A stretch of DNA of 64,000 nucleotides from Octopus sinensis (lineage: Eukaryota). The translations under genes and the position numbers were made by a program. Below are positions 50,942 through 62,699 of the stretch, piece by piece. Under the pieces are notes generated by a model. That model worked only from the letters and a program-made list of their open reading frames with translations, made no database searches and was not told where the DNA came from. Position 1 is the stretch's first letter. Each line of letters starts with the position of its first letter. The stretch is taken from assembly GCF_006345805.1 (NCBI RefSeq), contig NC_043009.1:67580001-67644000 (forward strand), in the 5' to 3' direction.

Positions 50942-51299
50942 TAACAAAACGAATGCATCCACAATGCGCTATTTCGAGTTTCTTGCACGACACCATTCTC
51001 GGGTTATTCTGCTTTTCTATAAAATTAAATCTAAAAAAAAAGACAGGTGTGAAAACAAGGAACAAATTTACGTGGAAACCTTTTTATTGAGTTCCTTATC
51101 TGTTTCGGTTTCAGAGAAAGGCGTTTTTACTCCTAACGGTCACGTGGTTCAGCAATAATCGTTTTTCTCCCATAAGTACCCGACCTGGAATTTGGTGCAG
51201 GAAGGAGTTGGTCGATAACATCTACCCAGTACTTACTGATACTTATTTTATCGGCCCCGAATGGATGAAGGGCAAAGCTGATCTCAGCATTTTGAAGTG

Positions 51300-51527
51300 G
51301 CGGTGGTGATGGTCATGGTGATGCTGACGGTGATGATGTGGAGGAAGAAGAGATGAACTATAATGATGACGATGACGAGGGCGAAGATGATAACGACGAC
51401 GATGAGGATGATGATGATGATGATGATGATGACGATGATGATGATGATGATGATGGTAACGATAAAGTTGTTACCGATTGTGGTATCTACATAGTTCAAG
51501 TAATAATAATAATACTTGGTGGTGATT

Positions 51528-51564
<37 letters not shown>

Positions 51565-51650
51565 AAGCAGTGGTCAACGTGATCGTCGTCGCCATCGTCG
51601 CTTTTGTAGTAGAAGAGACAGAGAGAGGCGGCGGCGGCGGCGGCGATGGG
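51300..51650. repeat. Compound trinucleotide region (GAT)n/(TAA)n/(TAG)n/(GGC)n
   Basis: Direct reading. Confidence 0.93.
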
Positions 51651-51989
51651 ATTATTGTAAAGCCTGTTCTAGAAGCGTCCTTTTCATTTCGAGATCTTTT
51701 GATCTCAAGTGATTTGTTCTGAAGTCCAACAACAATAGGAATAACGATGTTAATTTACTGTAATTGTGGCATTCTACCCACCATAACAAAAATAAACACT
51801 CTATTGGCACTCTGGCTTTCCTCTGTATGTGTGTGTGTGTGCGTGTGTGCGTGTGTGTGTGTATGTGTGTGTGCGCGTGCGTGTGTGTGTGCGTGCGTGT
51901 ATAAAATGTCTAAAAGAAATAGAACGTGATCTATAAGACATAATTACATGAAGAACGAGCCCCTTGTTTGGTTCCTTCTATTCCTTCTC

Positions 51990-52192
51990 TACTCTAGGCA
52001 CAAGGCCCGAAATTGGGGGGGGAGCGGTCGATTAGATCGAACCCAGTACGCAGCTGGTACTTAATTTATCGACCTGGAAAGTATGAAAGACAAATTGGAC
52101 CTCGGCGGAATTTGAACTCAGAACGTAAAGACAGACGAAATAGCACTAAGCATTTCGCCCGGTGTGCTAACGATTCTGCCATCTCACCGCCT
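51990..52192 (-). mobile_element. SINE family B (B2 tail)
   Basis: CTCGGCGGAATTTGAACTCAGAACGTAAAGACAGACGAAATA...CATCTCACCGCCTT. Confidence 0.85.
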
Positions 52193-52412
52193 TCAATTAA
52201 TTCCTTCTATTCCGAAGCAGGCATGAGCGACCTCTTCCGGAAAGCGGGCCGCATGCGATTTGACTCATCATCAAGCGAGACGCACTACTGACAGAAATTT
52301 TTCTCACTCTCTTTGAATACAAACTTCCCGTCTGTTATCTTCTTCATAACAGTCAGACGTCCCAATAAAATATTATTGGGTTTAACTAAATAAAAGGCAG
52401 CAAGCTCTAGAA

Positions 52413-52566
52413 CTGCGGTTTCTAACCGAGGGCCCCAAGTCCGCATGTGGCGCTCAAGCATCCTTCCGACGGCCTAACTGATCTGCGTCCTACTTTTTGG
52501 CGTAGCCCCCTAAAATATCCAGGTTTCGGATGTGGCCTGGATTTTAAGAAGGTTGAAAATCCATTG
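52413..52566. mobile_element. hAT (Charlie-type) MITE with 8-bp TSD
   Basis: TIRs CTGCGGTTTCTAACC / GGTTGAAAATCCATTG; TSD CTCTAGAA (52405-52412) and ATCTAGAA (52567-52574). Confidence 0.75.
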
Positions 52567-53653
52567 ATCTAGAATATTAGGCATGAGAGAACTTTAATGT
52601 AAGGTGTGTGAATGCATATATGGATATATATTACTGAAATTCAATAGAAATACCGTTCAAATGGCACAAATTACGATTATAAAGAAATCTTGGGAGAAGA
52701 TGTTTTCCGAAGGGGTGGAGAGAGGATTTCGGAAAATTCGCACAATCCGTGTTTTTTCCCTCACTACTTTCAGGAAATTTAATGAAATTTTACAGAAGCA
52801 CCTTTCAAACAGCATAGATTACGATTATAAAGAAATGAAATTTGTGGGGAAAATGTTTTCCGAAAGGGTGGGGAGATTCGTTTTTCTCCCTTATGACTTT
52901 CGGTATGAGGAGAACTCTAATGTAAGGAGTGTGAGTGCATGGGTACGTGAGTTAGTGTGTGTGTGTGTGTGTTTGTGCGTGTGTTTGTGTGTGTATGTGT
53001 GTTTTTGTGCCTGTGTGTGAAAGGGACTTCCTTCCAATCCCATGTGGATTTATTTTGACGTCTACTTTAGTTTAAGAGAAATAAATCACACCTTTAATTT
53101 ACTACAAAGAACCGCTGCAAGAATCACACCTGTAGTTTGGTGCAGGGGTTCTTTGTTCTCTTAACAATACTGGAATTAAGCGTACGAATACTATGAGGGA
53201 ATTTGGTGAACAGAAATCTGAACCAGGAATGCGAGTACGTCAAGAAAATCCATCGTACGTCTATATATAAGTTCAAATTCCGCCGAGGTCGACTTTGCCT
53301 TTCATCCTTTCATCCTTTTGTCTGTTTTTGTTTGTCCCTCGATGTTTAGCCCGCTGTGGGCAATAAAGAAATATATATATGTTCGTATTTGCATTCGTGT
53401 GATGAGCGTGCGCGTGTGTGTTTCTTTTTCTTTCTCACTTTCTTCCGTTGTAACTTGACACGGCTTCTCAATCAGTGTTTCTCGACGTCCAAGTAACTTA
53501 GCGTTTCGGCACAACAGAAACCGATGGGATACGTACCTTGCTATAGGGAAAATATTAGGGGGGGGGCGATTTGATAGACTAAAACCCTTCTAGATATGAT
53601 CGCAGTCCAATGGTGGAAACCAATGCAAGTATAACAAATTAAAACAAAAAGCA

Positions 53654-53925
53654 TACCAGTTATATACTGGGGTGAATATCAGCAAAAATACAATTTCAAC
53701 CGTACCAGTTGCATACTTAAGTTTATTCTATTGACGATACCTTCTTAAACATACCGCATTAAGCTACGGTAAAATACCTTGTTAATATCACTTCACTTTT
53801 ATTCGTACCAGTTACATACTGTGGCCACTACCTACAACAATACCATTCTTAAATCTACCAGTGAAATACTTGGTCAATCCGATCGACCACAGCGTTTGTT
53901 AAATGCACCAATAATATACTGGTTA
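53654..53925 (+). repeat. Degenerate ~50-bp-period array with conserved blocks and variable interiors
   Basis: TACCAGTTNNATACT-like motif starts at 53654, 53703, 53752, 53806, 53856 and 53906. Confidence 0.7.
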
Positions 53926-54661
53926 AAACTATGATCAATAGAATCGCTGCCATAGATATACTCATTAGAGAATAAAGACAATATTATTCAGGGACTTCCT
54001 CACCTTTTTAAAACGAAATGTGTAATTTGCGAAGGATTTCGTTAGTATTTCTTGCAGATTTCACGACCACATAGAGGTTTCTCCGGTGGCTTGGACTTTC
54101 TTGTTGACATAAATTTTCGTTCAAATCGTAGCTTTTAGTCACAACGCTGCAATGACAGGTAACGAGGGATATAAAATATTTACTGTTGTATTTCTGCACA
54201 GAGATCGTAAAATTAGAGTAGCGACTGTAAATTCTTATTACTCCTAAGTTGATGAAATAAGTACCAATAATAACAAAAGATACTATCGATTAGCCGCTTT
54301 ATAGGCTCTTCGTTGCGAAAATTGAATTTTGGGATTATGAAGAGAATCCAATTTCGGTAAAAATCCACATCCAGCATAAATGCCCATGAAACCATAGGAA
54401 ATAAAAGAAGGGGTTCTCATGCAGAGAAATAAAAAGAAAATGACAAAGAAAGAGTGACAGTGAGAGGGATAAAGAGAGTGAGAGAGAGACAGAAAGAATA
54501 ACTGGGAGACAAACATCTGTAAATCTTTAATTTCATTTTGTATTCAAGGTTTTAACTAAGAAACCTTATAGAGATACAGCGAAAAAAAAGGACGACAAGG
54601 TTAATACAAGTACACACGCACAATTGCACACAAATACACACAGATATATATATATATATAT

Positions 54662-54699
<38 letters not shown>

Positions 54700-54703
54700 A
54701 ATA

Positions 54704-54753
54704 TAAGAGAGTGGTCACTATATGGCTCGAGCCATATAGTGACCACTCTCTTA
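54704..54753. repeat. Perfect 50-bp palindrome with no loop
   Basis: TAAGAGAGTGGTCACTATATGGCTC|GAGCCATATAGTGACCACTCTCTTA. Confidence 0.98.
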
Positions 54754-54886
54754 ATTTATTTTGTAAAAATATTATAATATGTTATAAAATATTATAATAA
54801 TCCAGGTTCTCGGAGCACTAGGCCACTTGGTGTTGAATAGATATACTATTAAATTAGTATCTAATTCTCTCACCCTTATAATTAAT

Positions 54887-54934
<48 letters not shown>

Positions 54935-55789
54935 ATACATACATACATTTTTTTTATCAGTCGTTCATAGATGAAACTACATCTTCATGTCATAATTTTT
55001 TTCTGTGCAAAATATTATCGTTGAACAGTTTCCTTTTCAGAGAGGTCCTTCTCCAAGAAGGATTATCCTCACTATGACATGTGAGCACCATTGACTCTTG
55101 ACTATACAGGATTGTCATTGACTTTCCTGAGCTGCTCCGCCCTTTGACGGGTCTTGTCCGAAATTCACCTTCCTCACCAAGGAACTTGACGGGATTGCTG
55201 GTTTAGTCGCCGACGATTTGACCAAGCAACAGAGTGTCCTGGGTTACATATTACCAATAGCGAAAGAGCGACCTAACATACATACATAGTCACACATACA
55301 TACACATACATACACATGCATACATTCGTATACGCAGTTTAGTTTCATAATGGAAAGTAAACCGAAGTGTTTTTCTCTTCGTAGGCAGAAAGAAAAACTC
55401 ATCTGACTTGCTTTTAGTCCTAGCCTTGTTACCATCTTCGCTCTACAGAGAAATTGTTAGTTTATGGTATGTGTAAGTTCTATATAAAACATGACAGGGC
55501 TAAATGAATCTCACGAATTTCTGTTGAAATTAGTGTAGATTTCACAGCGATGCAGAATTGCATCTTTAAAAAGTATACTTGGCATTCCAAATTATCGCCC
55601 AAACGATGTGTAGTGTTCTACATGGATATGTTTGTGCATGTGGCGGGTGGTTTACAATGAGTGCTTAATTTCAGTATTTACGCTTCAGATTTGTACGATT
55701 ATCCTCATCATCTCATCTTTGCAGTTGTTAAATTCTTTATTGTGAAACTCTTCTTAATCTTTGGATAATGTTAATCAATATATATACAT

Positions 55790-55935
55790 ATATTCATACG
55801 TATGTATGTATGTATGTATGTATGTATGTATGTATGTATGTATGTATGTATGTATGTATGTATGTATGTATGTATGTATGTATGTATGTATGTACGTATG
55901 TATGTAGATATGTAGGTAGGTAGGTAGGTAGGTAG
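55790..55935. repeat. (TATG)n array grading into (TAGG)n
   Basis: Direct reading. Confidence 0.95.
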
Positions 55936-56118
55936 GAAGGTCTAAAAGTATGCAGACACTTTTAGTGATGCAAATAAGAGAACGAACGTTCAATATACAT
56001 TGTAGACTTTATTCGGAAAATTCATCTTTTTTTGTCGCCTGAGCGATCGCACGTAACGAGAAACTCTGCCACAGAATGAATTATCAACCTCTTACAAACA
56101 GCCCCACGACATATGCAT

Positions 56119-56149
<31 letters not shown>

Positions 56150-56226
56150 CAAATATACATACACACATATATATAAATATATAAACACGCATGCATACAT
56201 ATACACACTCAGATGTACATATATAT

Positions 56227-56265
<39 letters not shown>

Positions 56266-57162
56266 TGTATGTGTGTATGTTTGTGTGTGAGTGCTGCTGT
56301 GCGCATGTCTGCACATGCGTAAGCATATACGGCATGAGCAGTAGACCAAGAGTAAAAGAGGGAGAGTTAGTAGTGCATATCTGAACATTCCTACAGTGAA
56401 GTGAAGTTACAACCAAGAAACATTTACATCATCGAAGACCAATCGATAAAGAAACTGTGATCAAAGTGGAACAACAAATGAACTGAAATAATCAATACAT
56501 AAAAATCCGGCGGGAGTGGGGCACATGGGGAGCTTGCGGTGCATGGAGCGCTCGGGGCGCATTCAGAAAAAAAGGTTGTGGGGAAGGAAAAGAATGACGG
56601 GGAAAGGAAGCGTTTAGTATAATAATTATTGTGTTGAAATATATTGATTAAGTAATAATTTAAAATAGGAGCAATCGATTTCTGAAACTGAAGATTGCTT
56701 TGAGAGATTTTATTGCAGAGAATACTGAGTATTACTGCTGCTGCTACTAGTAAGACTACTATTCAGACCAGTAATAGTAAGTATTTCTGATATTGTTACA
56801 AGACCATAAATTTTGCTGCTTGAAACAAACGTTTAAATCGCTTCCAGTGATTCACTGCTGTGTATATTCTCTTCTCCTACGGCAAGACGAATGGCAAGTG
56901 TAATATTAGTGTGATTTCAGCTTGAAAGAGCAAGGACTGAATTTGATTACCGTGAAACATAAACATGTTTATGCAACAGACCGTTCCACTAGTAATTCTT
57001 TCTACTAAAGGAAAATGCTTGAAATTTAGGGAGAAAGTGGGTAGTCGATTGCACTGACCCTAGTACTCGACTGGTACATATTTTATCAATTTTCGAAAGG
57101 ATGAAAGACAGAATTCGAAATTAAACATGTGTGACAAACCTGTTGCATACTTATTATTATTA

Positions 57163-57715
57163 AGTGCGAGAGCAGTGCATGTCATCAAAGTGACACTGGG
57201 GTTAAATATATGAAGCTCAGTATACCCATTATGACTACCTGTCTGATAAGGGTACACCAGGCACATGCATCACAACCAGATGTGGGCAACATAGTAATCT
57301 CATATCAAGATAAACAGCGCAAGACCTTGCAAGTGGGGCCCAGTTATAATGTTCTTTAGATCAAGTAGCCCTTCCCGCTCAAAAGGTCCCTGAATAAGGG
57401 TTGTTTAAGGATTTTGAACGAACCACCCATGTTTCCAAAAGTGAATTATCCAAACCCCAAAGAATCCCTCTCGACACGTAGCTATGATGCTCTCCCACTA
57501 CTTCCGCTCGTGATTAGAGATGCACATATCATCAGTCACAAAGGGACATACTCAACTGGTTAAGGTCAAACAATTTACAAGCAAATCTGAGGTATTGAGC
57601 AGAATATTTCCTGAGGCCTATCTTTTATACCAAGACAAAACAATGTACATGATAACACTTCCAAACAGTTAAGATCAGAAGTCATGAGAGCTACTGCCTG
57701 GTACTGCATCAGAGC

Positions 57716-57717
<2 letters not shown>
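57163..57717 (-). mobile_element. Retroelement family D inside (TAA)n, longer copy
   Basis: Homologous to 37448-37910 and ~105 bp longer at the presumed 5' end; (ATT)n on both sides. Confidence 0.85.
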
Positions 57718-57782
<65 letters not shown>

Positions 57783-59097
57783 GGCAATAACCAGTAAAAA
57801 AGCTATGTTGGATTGGATTTATTCCTAGTCTGCTACATAATGGAAGAATTTGACGAATGCAAACAAACATACATTTTAAAAGCCTTCCTTCGAAGGCCAC
57901 CATGTTTTATTGTTTCTTTGGTTAACCTTTTGCAGCATACTAGATGAGAAGAGGTTAGTAGCCTTCCGTACAATCCTCTTCCATTTCCAGAAGGAAGAAT
58001 GCACTGTGAGTGCTTCCCCTTGTCTCGTCTCAATCCTGTGTAAACTATTAAGAGAGTCAGTGAAAAAGACAGCAAGAAAGAGAGGTGGGGAATAAATAAC
58101 TCCAATGCTAGAGAATTATTAAAGCCTGTGTAGTATAAGGGGTGAATAAAAAACGAAACGAATCGGACAAACTGTCGCCAGGAATTTTTCGATGTTCAAA
58201 AGATTTTGCCCATTGACAAACCTTTTTCTGTATCTATCGGGGGCTATTTCAGTGTATATTATTGCTATTAACTACTAGACTATTAACATATGAACAGTTT
58301 TTGCTACGTAACTAAATGTTTGTGACTGATTTCGTTTTTCGTATAAGCCGCTTCATTTTTCACATAACCTGGAGGTCGTCTCACTCCTGACACGTTAAAT
58401 AGAGCCGGTTTGTGTAATTAATATCACAATAACTTGCTAAAAATGTAAATTATCGGCGAACGAAAACAAGAAATTGTTTCATTTAGTAATTAATCATTGA
58501 TCAAAAGACAAAATAAAATATATATGAAGTTCGTAGCTTACATAATTTCTGAAATAACAGACGAGGGTGATAGCCAAACTATCAATCAAATTGACTTGGT
58601 CCACATAAACAAAACAAAATCTAACGGGTTTCATGACTGGATACGTTGGTAATGGCGCACAATGAGGTTTCTTAGCTTTGGCTCAAGGCCAGACAACGGT
58701 ATGGTTAATTAAATCGATACGACTGCAAGATCGGTATTTATTTGATCGATCTCGGATAAATGGAATGTGATCAATAGGGTATGAGAGATTCGAAAGTGCG
58801 TCGAACAAAATTCCTTGAAGTATTTGATTCCATCTCTTCAAGTTCCGAATTCAAATCGCACCAAATTTGATGAAATGGAATAAACAGCAAAATGGGAATG
58901 TGGCGAAGAATATCATTTCGTCCCCAAACGGTTCCACGTTCGATATACACAGACGCGTCTATACGCGTGTGTGTGTGTGTGTGTGTGCGTGCCTGTGTGT
59001 TTGTGTGTGTGTATGGTGGAGTGCATGTGCACGTGCGTGTTTATACTGTATGATGTATATATATATATATACTGTATAATATATACGTATAATGATA

Positions 59098-59137
<40 letters not shown>

Positions 59138-59139
59138 TA

Positions 59140-59187
<48 letters not shown>

Positions 59188-59996
59188 GAAATAGCCTCTT
59201 TAAGTAATTCAATAGTGAAAGACATTATCTATATTATATAGAAAAATAGAGGTTATTTCTCTTAATTATATACATATATTATATATTGGGAAATGTGATT
59301 TAGAATTGCTAAATTGAATTTTTCCCTGTAAGTTTGGAATTATATTCCCTACTATCATTATTATTTACATATATATACATGTATGTATGTATGTATACTG
59401 TATACTATATATATATGTATTATATATATATGTATACATTGAGAGAGACAGACAGGCGGGTATATAGATAGATAGATAGTCACAGAGAGAGTGAGAAATA
59501 CATATATGCGTGTATATGTGTCAATAAATGTATGCATGTTAATATATGTACATGCGTATTTATATATGTATGTATGTATTTTTGTATGTAAGCATGTATG
59601 CCTAAAATTGTCCCCGCCATCTCCATATATATATTTTGATTCTATATTACTTAATGTCTTATAAACCGCCATTAAAATACAACCCAATGGAGTCAGAACG
59701 AGGCACTGCCATCATTTCTCAACCGCCAGTCGATGAATTCAAAACCTGAATATTAGTAGAGCCTCTCATACAGGGATTTAATCTTGGCTCCATAAAAAAA
59801 AAAACAGTATTTTCCCCAGAGTAATTCCCCACATAATATCTGATATTTACCTTTGTCTCTTTTCTTCTCTTCTTTCATGTATTTGCATACAATTCCGTTC
59901 GAAGTAAATATACGTTGCCATTATCTAGAAATACATTTAAAAGCTGTTATTGTCTTGGGAATAACTAAATGTTATAGCAATATTAGGAATTAATAT

Positions 59997-60044
<48 letters not shown>

Positions 60045-60149
60045 TATATATAATATATATACATACATACATACATATATATATATATAATCATATATAA
60101 TATAATGTATACATACTACATACATACACATAGACATATATGTGTATTC

Positions 60150-60350
60150 GCCATGATTGATCGCTAGCCACTAACCATTTTATTATTTTCTCTCTCTGTT
60201 TATTTCTGTGTTCCCTTCTGTTGAAGAGCGTAGGCTCGAAACGTAAAAGACTTTCTCACTTCCCGAGCATTAAGCTAATACATCCGTTTTTATTTACATA
60301 CCCGTCTTCGTCTTTTGTTTTGTTTGTTTTTCTTTGTAAGTTCCATCTAT
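60150..60350 (+). mobile_element. PLE-type terminal repeat with hammerhead-like motif at 60214-60249
   Basis: CCTT-CTGTTGA-A-GAGC-GTAG-GCTC-GAAA-CGTA-AAAG; the tail runs into (TA)n. Confidence 0.6.
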
Positions 60351-60358
60351 ATATATAG

Positions 60359-60391
<33 letters not shown>

Positions 60392-60417
60392 TACAACTTA
60401 CATACATACATATACAC

Positions 60418-60456
<39 letters not shown>

Positions 60457-60465
60457 CAACAATTG

Positions 60466-60996
60466 AGGGTAAAATTAATTAATTATTAATCAATTTCACC
60501 AAGTATTCAGTATGTAAAGGGACCATTTTAGGCGAATTCAAAATATTACATTATATATATGGGCTTAGTAAAATAAATTACTTTGCCACTACTGAACTCA
60601 TTAGAAATAGCAGCTAAAGAAATTTCTTTAGCTATTTCTAATACTTAAAGAAGATCTCTCTCAGATAGTGTTTGCTCAAACCAACTCACAAAGGTATGGG
60701 GGAAAAAACATTAAAAATCAAGTGCAAAGGTTATTTGAGAACGTACGTTTCTAGATTAGTCAAATCGACATTCTTTTCGTCAGCTCAGAACTCCTTGATT
60801 CGGATTTGGGAACACTGAAAGTGGGAGCATACCTTTTGGCTTCTTATCACCTCTAGAATTCTGCTCGACATAAATAAAAGTTGCGTTCACTATCTGAGAG
60901 AGATCTTCTTTAAGTATTAGAAATAGCTAAAGAAATTTCTTTAGCTGCTATTTCTAATGAGTTCAGTATGTGGCAAGTATTTATTTTACTAAGCCC
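60466..60996. mobile_element. PLE-like terminal repeat with fold-back (arms 60561-60670 and 60888-60996)
   Basis: Near-identical inverted arms, each containing the palindrome AGCTAAAGAAATTTCTTTAGCT. Same family and geometry as 1230-1613; (TA)n on both sides. Confidence 0.6.
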
Positions 60997-61003
60997 TTAT
61001 ATA

Positions 61004-61060
<57 letters not shown>

Positions 61061-61105
61061 ATATAATATATGTATATATATATATATATATATATACATA
61101 TATAC

Positions 61106-61136
<31 letters not shown>

Positions 61137-61196
61137 GTATATATTATATATATAATATATACATATATATATATCTACATATATATACATATATAT

Positions 61197-61249
<53 letters not shown>

Positions 61250-61336
61250 GTATATATATATATGTATTATATATATATATATAGTTTATATATATCTATA
61301 TATAATTATATATATATTATATATATCTATATAAAT

Positions 61337-61655
61337 CTAAAATCATTCAGGACCTATTAAGTTCATCTGACCATTATACTCACGAGGCCAAACGAGTTTG
61401 AAAAATATAAATATATATATATACTACCTATGTTATATTTTGTTAAGACCATAGTAGAGTACAGTATAATGCTTATCCACCTTCAGATTTCACCCTGTTG
61501 GCTCAACATATTCAACCATATATATATATATATATATATAGATATATATATATATATATTATATATATTATGTATGTATGTATGTATGTAGTACGTATGT
61601 ACGTATGTACGTATGTGTGTATGTATGTACGTATGTATGTATCTATGTATGTATG

Positions 61656-61687
<32 letters not shown>

Positions 61688-62025
61688 TGTATGTATTTAT
61701 TATGTATGTATGCATGCATGTATGTATGTATGTATGTATGTATGTATGTATATGGCAATAACAACGTCGAAAATGGAAGTGTTAGGTTGTCAAAAATGGG
61801 ACGGAATAACATACTATCACCTCCCATAATTTAATTCCTATGTACAAAGATCTCCAATTTCCAATGCCATTTTCCTTCTGTCCATATAGAAATCAAATTC
61901 GATCATAGAATAATGAAATATAAGCTGAATGGTATTTGATCTTTACGATGTCCGTATATTTTTCAAACTCGTTTGGCCTCGTGAGTATAATGGTCAGATG
62001 AACTTAATAGTCCTGAACGATTTAG
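61337..62025. repeat. Inverted repeat pair, ~72-bp arms (61337-61409 and 61955-62025)
   Basis: TTCAGGACCTATTAAGTTCATCTGACCATTATACTCACGAGGCCAAACGAGTTTGAAAAATATA and its reverse complement; the spacer contains (TA)n and (ATGT)n. Confidence 0.9.
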
Positions 62026-62699
62026 CATTTCAAGAAGCGGCATTTTTGCCATCAGAACTGTGAAAGTTTAGGATTTCTTATGAAGTGGTTATTATGTTGA
62101 CGCAACCCTGGCAGATATTTTAGAGCTTACAGCTACTAACAGACAATACTCGAGCCAGCAAGCAAATCTCCTGGTTATTATCAGTGAAATCTTCTTCAAG
62201 ACACACAGAACTCTCTTTGCGAAAGAGAGAAACTTTAGACTATGTAGTCTTCTATATGAAAAAAGACGTAGGTGGCTGAAACTGAAATAACTTTGATAAT
62301 AGCTTAGCTCAGGGTGAATCGCTGTGGGATTCAGCAACAGCAAATAGTAAATAATTCGCGTTGTAGCTTCGTATACAATTAAATAGAAAATGTGGTAGTA
62401 ATACAATATTTGCAGCAATACTTATGCAATCGAAAAATATATTACAAAGACACGTAAGCCTAAATACAGGTGAGCATTAATATATTTGAGCATCAATACA
62501 TGTGAACATCAATACACGTAGACGTGAATAATGTCAGCTTAAGTCTTTGTGGACACGTGGGCATCAATGTGCGTACATATCTAACTTCAAAGATTAATTG
62601 GGCAAATTTTGAAAGGATATTATTTGTATATATTCAGAAAATTCGGAGAAGTTGCTACGGGCCATTTATGATTTGAAATATAAATACACTGATAATGAA

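Noticed and set aside
51338-51712. Acidic 124-aa ORF resembling a nucleolin or prothymosin tract
   Set aside because: It is built from (GAT)n, (TAG)n and (GGC)n microsatellites and has no conserved domain.
53654-53925. CRISPR array
   Set aside because: The context is eukaryotic, there are no cas genes or leader, the repeats are degenerate and the spacers are too short; kept only as an unusual minisatellite.
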